This document shows positions 1 to 7,822 of a DNA stretch of 61,056 nucleotides, one piece after another (position 1 is the stretch's first letter; the number at the start of each line of letters is the position of its first letter). Location of the stretch: IMG/VR virus record IMGVR_UViG_3300043256_000368, positions 1-61,056 of that record; one strand, given 5' to 3'. The translations under genes and the position numbers were made by a program. This DNA comes from a virus (Duplodnaviria > Caudoviricetes). Below the pieces are notes generated by a model, which saw only the letters and a program-made list of their open reading frames with translations, was not told the origin of the DNA and did no database searches.

Positions 1-75
1 ACCCTGCGCGCGCGGGGACCAAATTAGGAGTTTTCAGTTACCCACCTTTTTCAGATGCCAGAAATCGCGCGATTA

Positions 76-465
76 TTACGTTTTTTCGTCCATTTGCGCG
101 CGATTGTGTGCCATTTGCGCGCGATCTTGCGCTGTTTTGAGATCGTGATGATGCCAGCACAGGGATTGGAGATTATCGAGCGAATTTGCGCCTCCGAGCC
201 CGAGCGCGAGGATGTGGTCCACGGATTCGGCTGGCCGGCCACACGTTTCGTGCTGACATATAGGGTTTCGCTGGAGCCTGATGCTCCGGAGTCTCTCGTA
301 GGCTCGGGTGTAGCCGCGGGCGCGCGAGTGGGGTCGTTGGCGAGAAAAGTCGGGTTTCTCGGGGGTCGTTTTCTTGGCGCCGGCGTGTTTTGCGCAGAAT
401 TGACCGACGATGGCTGGTTCGGAGCACCTCGAGTAGGCACACAGGCTTTGTGTTCGCCTCTTCAC
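76..465 (-). CDS. HNH endonuclease, phage packaging-associated type
   Basis: RGYTRAYERLR...PICQHETC...VDHILALGLGGANSLDNLQSLCWHHHDLKT is the typical terminase-associated HNH pattern. GTG start chosen at 465, downstream of an extended -10. Confidence 0.9.
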   Translation of the reverse strand: MKRRTQSLCAYSRCSEPAIVGQFCAKHAGAKKTTPEKPDFSRQRPHSRARGYTRAYERLRSIRLQRNPICQHETCGRPAESVDHILALGLGGANSLDNLQSLCWHHHDLKTAQDRAQMAHNRAQMDEKT

Positions 466-480
466 GTTGGTATTGTAGCA
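466..480 (-). promoter_or_regulatory. Extended -10 promoter (TGcTACAAT) for a leaderless HNH transcript
   Basis: Minus strand reads TGCTACAAT-accaac-GTG; no SD upstream of the GTG. Confidence 0.5.
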
Positions 481-805
481 ACAGGTTTGCGAGTCCCACC
501 TATAGGCCCCAGGGGGGAGGAATTGCCCTGGCGCTTCCCCCGGGGCGACGGTTATGTAAGCCAATTCCGATTCGTATGCACCTGCTTTACCGTAGTTCGA
601 AGCACAATTTCCGGAGACTATCCTGGGCAATCATCCCGTATAGTTGTCGCGGAGTGGGCTGAGGCGGACTGTAGCGAGCCGAGCTGGGCTGGGAAGGCCC
701 ATTCCTGCAAACATCCGGCGATCGTCGCCTACGCGTCGATTCTATGCGTCCTGGAGCATCCTGGCGCCGTTGGTGGCTGGCGATCAGTTCGATGTGTCGG
801 AGTCG

Positions 806-1018
806 TTTCTTTTCTTGTCTGCCTTTGTGTGCAAACACCATTCTGCACCATGGTGTTTTTATACCATAGATACCAACCAGGATGGTAGACTCCGATTTTC
901 GGAGTGTGCCCACTCCGATTTTCGGAGTGGGGGTACTCCGATTTTCGGAGTGGGGTTACATTGATCCTCTGGATATCACAGAAGAATTCACAGGACGAAC
1001 GTCGGAGCGGTTCAGATC
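806..1018 (-). repeat. Diverged inverted copy of the origin segment of the replication initiator gene, with 3 intact palindromic iterons
   Basis: Reverse complement aligns to ~12210-12440. ACTCCGATTTTCGGAGT occurs at 889-905, 912-928 and 935-951 (23-bp period). Confidence 0.92.
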
Positions 1019-1078
1019 GGTGTACGGGAGGACCCGATGCGGAGGCGATTCCCTCGTAAGAGGGCGCGTAAATGACGC

Positions 1079-2194
1079 TCACCGGAAGTTGTTTTGGATT
1101 GCGGCGTAGTCTCTGAGGTCCACGAACCCATCGAGGTGCCGATCGAAGGCTTCGCAATCTTCGCTGGCATCTATATCGGGGCCGGCCACGCACGGCGCGA
1201 AAAACTCGAAGGCGAGGATGCTCTCGATGCGGAGGAGGAGGCAGATTATCAGATCGTATGGTGGCGATGGTTGACGACGGGCCTCGCCTGTGGCAACAAT
1301 GTGCCCGTGTCGATTGATTCCCCAGGCAATAGAAAGACTGACATTACTAGGCTTCGCGGTCACCGTATTGAGGTTGTACGGCGATCCACTGATCCACACT
1401 ACGGGGTTCGTCTCTGTAGACTTCTCCAACTTCTCCACACAATAGCCGACTATTTCGTTCGCGGTGGTTAGATCGGTCAGATGAACGGTATCGCATCCGG
1501 GCAATCCCAAGAACTCGATCCGTTCGGTGCCTTTCCATCCAATTCCAAAAGGCCTACGCCACAGGTCGCCAATAACGAATCCATCTTCGCCGATTCCAAC
1601 TGCGAACTCGCTCGAATCGCCGAACAGGATGAGGTCATCGTCAGTCAACAGAAAATTGGTCGGAAGCCCCGACTCGGCAACGTGGCCAACGATCATTCCG
1701 TCATCGTTAATATCGACCGCTTTACCGCCATAAATGAAAGATCTGGAATCGACCGTCCAGCGGACCGAGACTTGGTTGCAATCTCCAACGGCAATGCGAG
1801 CGTTGTTCATAGCGTTAACGTTCTGCGTCCACCAGCTTGGGGCAGGCGCTGGACATCCTAGGTCGATAAACTCAGTACCGTCGTAGATGAAGCCACTCCC
1901 AGAGATGTCTCCGCGATCATTCATGTCAGTGACGTGGTGATCGATTGGAGAGAATGGAAGCTGACGCGGATGCCAATCTTTCCAGAGAAGGTACGCGCTA
2001 CCGCGCTCATCGGTCGCACGAGCGATGACATCCCCGCGGGCGTTTACCGGTATAATTAGCCAAGACAAACGTATTAGCGGGTAGATGTATCCGCCGCCCG
2101 GGTTTGGCAATTCTCGGTAGAGGTAGTGGGGCGGTTCGGCCAATGCGGAAGATCCCCACACAGCTAGCCCCAGGCAGGGACCGATCAACCGCAT
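1079..2194 (-). CDS. Secreted HAF-repeat-like protein with C-terminal dockerin-like motif
   Basis: Signal peptide MRLIGPCLGLAVWGSSALA; repeated (I/M)N(D/N)xGxIVG motifs; C-terminal CEAFDRHLDGFVDLRDYAAIQNNF. Confidence 0.8.
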   Translation of the reverse strand: MRLIGPCLGLAVWGSSALAEPPHYLYRELPNPGGGYIYPLIRLSWLIIPVNARGDVIARATDERGSAYLLWKDWHPRQLPFSPIDHHVTDMNDRGDISGSGFIYDGTEFIDLGCPAPAPSWWTQNVNAMNNARIAVGDCNQVSVRWTVDSRSFIYGGKAVDINDDGMIVGHVAESGLPTNFLLTDDDLILFGDSSEFAVGIGEDGFVIGDLWRRPFGIGWKGTERIEFLGLPGCDTVHLTDLTTANEIVGYCVEKLEKSTETNPVVWISGSPYNLNTVTAKPSNVSLSIAWGINRHGHIVATGEARRQPSPPYDLIICLLLRIESILAFEFFAPCVAGPDIDASEDCEAFDRHLDGFVDLRDYAAIQNNFR

Positions 2195-2427
2195 CTCACC
2201 GATTCCTTCAAGTTCGATCCCGCCGGCGTGATCTCGAGCACGGCCGAGACCGGATCCGAGAGCCTGCCCCCTTCTTGGACCCAGCAACCCATTAAGTCAA
2301 CTGTGTGGGGATCCAGGTCCCGTCCGTCATAGGCGACCAGGACGCGGCCGTCCTCGATCGAGACGATCAGGATCGGGTAGGTTGCAGTGCCGGCGAAGTC
2401 GATGTCCTTGACGGCGTTGCGATTCAC
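2185..2427 (-). CDS. Hypothetical protein
   Basis: GTG preceded by GGAGG; 3' end overlaps the start of the downstream gene. Confidence 0.45.
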   Translation of the reverse strand: MNRNAVKDIDFAGTATYPILIVSIEDGRVLVAYDGRDLDPHTVDLMGCWVQEGGRLSDPVSAVLEITPAGSNLKESVRCG

Positions 2428-2556
2428 TCTTGACCTCCAGCGTGATCTTCACGTAGGGACCGGACGCCCCAGAACCGTCCTGGAGGGATGGTAGCGAGCC
2501 GGACGGAGGGCTGCAACGACAATCACACATAATAGCGATTTTTATCGTGATTTGTC

Positions 2557-2585
2557 TTGACGGCCCGGCCGGGCTGGCCTAACTT
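2557..2585 (+). promoter_or_regulatory. Sigma70-like promoter TTGACG-N17-TAACTT, leaderless for the 2592 ORF
   Basis: -35 at 2557-2562, -10 at 2580-2585, ATG 6 nt later. The spacer holds the palindrome GCCCGGCCGGGC. Confidence 0.6.
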
Positions 2586-2591
2586 GCGGGC

Positions 2592-2828
2592 ATGGCAACG
2601 GACCCAACGGCTCCGATAACGCTCAAAGCTACGGTCGCAGACGGGAAATACGTCGACGTGATGCGGAGGGCGACGGAGCTGGCCGACGATGACCTGGGGA
2701 CGCGGGCGAACGCCCTATACGTGATGGCGCGTGCTGGCATGGAAACCCCGAGGTTCAAAAAGGCCAAAAAGGTCAAAAAAACCAGGCTAGGGAACATCCC
2801 TAGCCGAAACGGGAAACCCTCTAGGTAG
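2592..2828 (+). CDS. Small basic protein, possible transcriptional regulator
   Basis: 78 aa, Lys-rich C-terminus, sits at the strand switch behind a leaderless promoter. Confidence 0.55.
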   Translation: MATDPTAPITLKATVADGKYVDVMRRATELADDDLGTRANALYVMARAGMETPRFKKAKKVKKTRLGNIPSRNGKPSR

Positions 2829-2876
2829 TCCTATAAAATGGAGGTTTTCGGAGCGCGGAATATGTCCGATAAGGGA

Positions 2877-2904
2877 GTACTACGTAACATATATTATGCG
2901 ATAA
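2877..2904 (-). other. dif/XerCD-like recombination site
   Basis: Minus strand TTATCGCATAA-TATATG-TTACGTAGTAC has the 11-6-11 layout of E. coli dif GGTGCGCATAA-TGTATA-TTATGTTAAAT; located in an AT-rich intergenic patch. Confidence 0.6.
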
Positions 2905-2907
2905 AAT

Positions 2908-2924
2908 GTGCCACAACGTGGCAC
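2908..2924. promoter_or_regulatory. Palindrome GTGCCAC-AAC-GTGGCAC, candidate operator or accessory site
   Basis: Perfect 7-bp arms immediately next to the dif-like site. Confidence 0.45.
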
Positions 2925-3099
2925 TTTGTTGCGTGACACTCTCTGGCACTACCGAACGTGGCGCGATTCGGAAATGAGAAATCATTATACATCACTCGCA
3001 AAACGCGGCCTCCCTATTTTTGAGGGGACAGACGTTTGTGCGTCCTACGGGGATGAACGACGTTTGAGTCGAGAGCGCTCGGAAAACCTGAAATGTGAC

Positions 3100-3660
3100 G
3101 ACGGGTGTCACCAGAACAGGTGACAGCGCAAGGGACGGAGCCTTGAAGTGTTAGTGATTTCTATCCGGTCGTGTCTGCGTATCCGCAGTGTAGCAGATGG
3201 CAGCGCGGCACACTCTGGATGATTGCCGTGTTTAAGGAAGATGTCTTGAGGGCGCGGGAGACAGACCAACAACCGAGTATCCTGGTCGTCCGACCCCTGG
3301 CGAGTCGCCATGGGACGTTCCAAAGTCCTCGGCTTCTTTCCCCTCCGACCCGGGTGTGTTCCCCTTCGGGGGGGCCGCCCGGGCTTGATTTGAACCTACC
3401 GGCGGGTCCGACGTTCGTTTCCTCGTCTCCATGCGAAATGGCCCATACCGCGCCCCGAGGGTACGTCAAACTGTCGTGTACGCGGGTCGGCTCGACCATG
3501 GCCCCCGGATGTCGTCGGGCCCGTCGTTCATTTTCGGCAAACCTTTCGTTTTGGGTTCGGGGCGAGTCGGCTTCACGAAATCTAAACCCCCTCGTGGGAC
3601 GGCTCTCCCGAACACTTTGAAGATGGCCCCGTGGGGACGTTCCCTTCGGGGATGGAATAT
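3100..3660 (+). ncRNA. Candidate structured RNA or long structured leader
   Basis: Several hairpins, including two cUUCGg tetraloop stems (3349-3383, 3638-3653) and a long stem 3554-3613; no convincing CDS. Confidence 0.4.
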
Positions 3661-3682
3661 TCAGGAAAAACGGAGTGATACG

Positions 3683-4054
3683 ATGAAAAAGATCATGGCG
3701 GCGATGTTGGCTTTGAATACGTTGGGCATCGGACTCTGTACCGGAGCGGGGTTGATGGCCGTGGCGGGATGTTCGTACTCCCACAAGGTGACGGGAGGTA
3801 CGAAAATCCATGCCGAAGTTGCAGGAACGGAGGACGATAAGGCGGCGTTAAGCGCGAAGTTGGAGATGACTGATTACAGCTTGGTTCTCAAGGGAGATCC
3901 ATTGGCCTTCTTCAATCGGGTCGTCCAAGACATCGGATCGTTCGTGGGCGGGATAATTTCCCAGTTCACGAAGCCGCGCACAACACCGGCACCGTCAAGT
4001 GCGCCGGTGTCAACAGACGCGACACAGCCGGATGGAGTGTCCGGAACGTCGTGA
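3683..4054 (+). CDS. Predicted lipoprotein
   Basis: MKKIMAAMLAL...MAVAG|C lipobox; GGAG SD at 3672. Confidence 0.7.
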   Translation: MKKIMAAMLALNTLGIGLCTGAGLMAVAGCSYSHKVTGGTKIHAEVAGTEDDKAALSAKLEMTDYSLVLKGDPLAFFNRVVQDIGSFVGGIISQFTKPRTTPAPSSAPVSTDATQPDGVSGTS

Positions 4055-5277
4055 ACTCCGACCTGGCCACAATCGAAGCCAAGCCCCCTCGTGCCGCGAA
4101 GGAATCGACGGTGAGACTCGTCGTAGTTCCCTCCGCACGAGAGGGGCAGCCAGCCAGCGTTGGTTTGGTGCGGCTCGGTCCGCGTGGACTGATTAGGTCA
4201 GTTCAAACGACCGTTCAACTCGATGATAAGCTAGGTCACCTTTATGACCTGGGCAGCCACGGCGGCATGAACATTTCGGCCCATGGTTGTAATCACATCA
4301 ACAAGGCGATGGGTGTGACTCGCTACATGCCACCGACGCTTATTGGAGACGATGGGAAAATCCACTCTAATCCTTGGGTCGTGCGTGACCGCGGGAATAC
4401 CATCAAGCGCATCAACGTTCGTATGTGCGGATTCGGTCGAAATGCAGTCGCCAGTTGGCAACTCGTCGTCACCACCCTCTACTACGATCTGGACCCGATG
4501 CTCGCCCAGGACGTGATGAATAAATGGCGCGTCTGGGACGGAAAGGACAAACCAAAGCTCAAACGTGATTGGGGCACGTTGCTGTCCTCGGAAAATGTGC
4601 CAGACGCGGACAAGCATGACAAGACGAAAAAGTGCATCGTGATCCCACCGGGATTCGTTCTCGTCGTTGACTTGTCTAATGATGAAGTCCTGGATCTCAT
4701 CGAAAATCACGTTCACAGGATCAGATTTTGTACCCGACTCGCCGAAACAATCGCTTGGCGTCGGATCCTAACCGTATTCATTGGGCAACAGAAGCTCGAC
4801 CCAAAGAACCCGAGTGTCGTGGTGACTTCGTGGCCGCAATCGGACCGCGAGGGCATGAGCGACATCGAGGAACTGGTCCGACAAGCCGCCAGCGGACAAG
4901 CCATGGTCGATGGTGAGCCAGTGCAATTTCAGGCAGAGACCGCGAAATTGGAGGATGTCGAAGAGGCCGACCTCGAATTGCACTCTGAGCGCGACGACGG
5001 CGGTGGTGGTGGCGCTTCCGCTTCTCCATCCGGCGCGCCCGGCCAGGCTGGGGACCGCGACCTTCCGCTTGCGAGGACTCAGATCAAAACGTACGCGAGC
5101 AAACTTCCGCCTGATGTCGTCGACCGCATTTTGGGAGAGGCCGGTTTGAGCGGCATCAACGAAGTGATGACGACGGGCGATATTGATCTGTTGCGCCAAG
5201 GTGGTGAAGCACTCAGGCAGGCGATCGATCGACGCGCTGGAAGCAAGTCGGGCGGGCAACAAGAATTCAGTCGGTAA
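4051..5277 (+). CDS. Hypothetical protein, possibly a recombination/ssDNA-annealing protein
   Basis: 408 aa, coupled to the upstream gene, acidic/Gly linker plus small C-terminal domain; function inferred only from position before the SbcC-like and UvrD-like genes. Confidence 0.55.
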   Translation: MNSDLATIEAKPPRAAKESTVRLVVVPSAREGQPASVGLVRLGPRGLIRSVQTTVQLDDKLGHLYDLGSHGGMNISAHGCNHINKAMGVTRYMPPTLIGDDGKIHSNPWVVRDRGNTIKRINVRMCGFGRNAVASWQLVVTTLYYDLDPMLAQDVMNKWRVWDGKDKPKLKRDWGTLLSSENVPDADKHDKTKKCIVIPPGFVLVVDLSNDEVLDLIENHVHRIRFCTRLAETIAWRRILTVFIGQQKLDPKNPSVVVTSWPQSDREGMSDIEELVRQAASGQAMVDGEPVQFQAETAKLEDVEEADLELHSERDDGGGGGASASPSGAPGQAGDRDLPLARTQIKTYASKLPPDVVDRILGEAGLSGINEVMTTGDIDLLRQGGEALRQAIDRRAGSKSGGQQEFSR

Positions 5278-5280
5278 TCC

Positions 5281-5541
5281 ATGACCGCAGAACTATCAGC
5301 CGAACAACGAGAACAACTTGCGTTGGCGCAGGGCAGAGCGCAAGAATTGCGGGTCGACGAAGATCCGCGAAAAACTGCGGCGAGGAAGGAAGCGCAAAAG
5401 GCAGCCGATCGCACCCGGAAATATCACTTCTTATGGGGCTGGGAGTACCTAGACGGCCAGCCAACCACTTACTGTTTCGATCTGAAACCTCCGACAACGG
5501 TTGGGTACGAGACCATCCGACCCGCCAAATTGGAGGGATGA
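5281..5541 (+). CDS. Hypothetical protein
   Basis: Fits between operon neighbours. Confidence 0.55.
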   Translation: MTAELSAEQREQLALAQGRAQELRVDEDPRKTAARKEAQKAADRTRKYHFLWGWEYLDGQPTTYCFDLKPPTTVGYETIRPAKLEG

Positions 5542-5563
5542 TTTTTCGTATTTGGTGAATTCC

Positions 5564-7816
5564 ATGCTGATAAAGACGCTCACGCTAACGCAGTTCAAGG
5601 GCATAACCGGTTCAAGGGCTTTTGGTCCCTTGAACATACTCGTCGGTCCCAATCGTTCCGGTAAGACGGCGCATGCACAAGCGATACAACTCGCGCTTAC
5701 CGGTGCGGTCGACGTCGGTGCAACGCTCGACGCCATTCAGCAGCTAGGGGGAGCGACCGGGTTGGGCGTACAGGTGCAATTGGATGACGGGTTTGGGTGG
5801 TCACGCGAGTTACGCAGGGACAATCTAGTGGGATCGCTTTCAAGGGGGGTGAAAGTCTTTGGCAGGGAGCAGCTCGGTCTCAAAGAGGCACAGGCAGCGG
5901 TAGTTGCTCACGTTGGCGACTTCGCCACGATTCTGGATGTGAGTGTATTTCTCGGTTTATCTGCTGATAGGCGCCGAGATTACGTGTTGGACCTTTGTTC
6001 TCGTGCTATGGGCGTTCCCATCGTGGCAACGGCAGTCTGGAATGATATCGCAATCGAATTCTGCCGCGAACGGGAAGGAATGTTGGGAATCGATGCGCTT
6101 AAGGATGCCGGATTGTCGGCCGCAGAAATCGTGCGGAAACTGCCCCCCGAAGTCCAGGTCGCCCTTGGCAAGATAGAAGTTCAAATCATACCCACCCTCC
6201 AGGGCGATTTGTCCATGTCGATCCAGGCGGCCCTTGTTCAGGCTAAGGAAATCACCTCGGCAAGTCGTCAAGCGGCTATCGGTGCGTCCGAGAGTGTCCG
6301 AACGATGACGGACCGACGGCAAGAACTCCAAACCGTTGCGGAATCCACGGAGGAAATGAGCGCTCGTATCGAGGCTCATCAAAAAACGAAGGATGGAATC
6401 GTTCATTCTCTAGGGGCCATCACGGGTATTAAGGCGAGCGAGGAGGATCTGCGAACGCGGATTCAACAGGCCGGAGAACGTGAGAGCAAATGGCAGATGA
6501 CTGTCGATGCGCTAGGGACTGATCCAGATAGCAAGATAGTCGAGAGCATCCGAGAAGCCGAACAAAAGGAACAGGCAAGTCGAGAGGTAGTCGGTTCGCT
6601 CGTTGACGTGACCCAGGAGACCGTCCATGCCAAGCAGCAAGAGGCGATCGGGAGTACACGCCTTGCAGATCAGGCGCGGCGCCTTGTAGTTGAACTCAAA
6701 GAATTTTCGTCGAATGCGTGGCGCAGGGTACACAGCCTGGCGGAGACCGTCCACGATGGTTGGGGTGGTGTATTAGACGACTGCCCGGAATGGGCGTCTC
6801 TGCGCGATCAGGTTCGCGGTAACGCCGAACGGCAGTGCCCATCAAATCTCCCCAGCGGCGCTTTGCTCAAAGTGAATGATCTCTCGCCCGAAGCCGAACG
6901 GCGCCTCACGGAGCTAGAGGCGGTTCAGCTTCAAACAGATCGAGATGCGACAAACGAACTGGCGCAACTGACCAAAAAACTAGAGGCGACGGAGCACCAA
7001 GGATCATTCCATCGTCGGGCGGGCGAGTTGAAGTTGACGCTCCAGCAGCAGTCCGAAGAACGGTTGACGGCTTCGGAACACGTCCAAACAGCCACAAAGG
7101 ACCGCACGGATTGCGAGCGTCAACTGGTCGAATTGACGGTGAAAGCCGAGACTGGTGTTGGCGAAGCCGCCCTCCAGGAGCAACTAGGGGCCGTCCACGC
7201 AGAAATTCTTGCTTTGGGCTCGCGAATTGACGCCAAACGCGCCGAGGTCGCGCTTGTGCGAGAGTTGACGGTGACGATTGCACGCGCGACGGCCGAGCGC
7301 GTTCTGAACGATGTTTCCAAGAAAATCGAGTCTGCGATCAAAATACTCCGCGAACGCCTCATGCTGGAGTTGATCAGTCCACTACTGGTTCGGATCAACC
7401 ATTTCTTGAAAACGGGTGAGCCCGGTTCACGCGCCTATTGCGAACTGGTGAATCTTCGCCAACGTCCTATTTTCGAATTGGGTTTGATCCAGGATGGCCG
7501 TTCACGAGTGTCCCTGCCCGCGATGAGTGGCGGTCAGTCGTGCGTTTTCTGTACTGCCCTTCTGTTCGCCCTGATGGACCTAGCGGACCCGCCCTTGAAG
7601 ATTGTCATCGTAGAGGTGGACCGCGCTGACGTTAAAACGTTTCCCGCCATCATTGGAGCCATAGAGGCTATGGCGAACCGCATGGTGGGCGGAGTGCAGG
7701 TTTTTGTCCTGACGCACCGGTTGCCGCAAGACATCTCACTGGAAGCGTGGGATGTGCACGTCCTCGGTGAGCCAATCAAAGACGACAGGGTGGTTCACGA
7801 AATAGAGACAACTTAA
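5564..7816 (+). CDS. SbcC/Rad50-like ABC ATPase with coiled coil
   Basis: IKTLTLTQFKG, Walker A GPNRSGKT, long coiled coil, signature MSGGQ, C-terminal VLTH. Confidence 0.85.
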   Translation: MLIKTLTLTQFKGITGSRAFGPLNILVGPNRSGKTAHAQAIQLALTGAVDVGATLDAIQQLGGATGLGVQVQLDDGFGWSRELRRDNLVGSLSRGVKVFGREQLGLKEAQAAVVAHVGDFATILDVSVFLGLSADRRRDYVLDLCSRAMGVPIVATAVWNDIAIEFCREREGMLGIDALKDAGLSAAEIVRKLPPEVQVALGKIEVQIIPTLQGDLSMSIQAALVQAKEITSASRQAAIGASESVRTMTDRRQELQTVAESTEEMSARIEAHQKTKDGIVHSLGAITGIKASEEDLRTRIQQAGERESKWQMTVDALGTDPDSKIVESIREAEQKEQASREVVGSLVDVTQETVHAKQQEAIGSTRLADQARRLVVELKEFSSNAWRRVHSLAETVHDGWGGVLDDCPEWASLRDQVRGNAERQCPSNLPSGALLKVNDLSPEAERRLTELEAVQLQTDRDATNELAQLTKKLEATEHQGSFHRRAGELKLTLQQQSEERLTASEHVQTATKDRTDCERQLVELTVKAETGVGEAALQEQLGAVHAEILALGSRIDAKRAEVALVRELTVTIARATAERVLNDVSKKIESAIKILRERLMLELISPLLVRINHFLKTGEPGSRAYCELVNLRQRPIFELGLIQDGRSRVSLPAMSGGQSCVFCTALLFALMDLADPPLKIVIVEVDRADVKTFPAIIGAIEAMANRMVGGVQVFVLTHRLPQDISLEAWDVHVLGEPIKDDRVVHEIETT

Positions 7817-7822
7817 ACAGCT

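Noticed and set aside
55-1193. ORFs 55-888 (+), 587-913 (-), 644-964 (+) and 729-1193 (-) as real genes
   Set aside because: They are antisense to the HNH or are translations of the origin copy; similarity to the initiator is split across frames with a stop.
2908-3680. Protein-coding ORFs 2908-3123, 3171-3620, 3161-3811 and the 5' extension of 3431-4054
   Set aside because: No SD or motifs and low-complexity translations; the lipoprotein start at 3683 has a clear SD and signal peptide.
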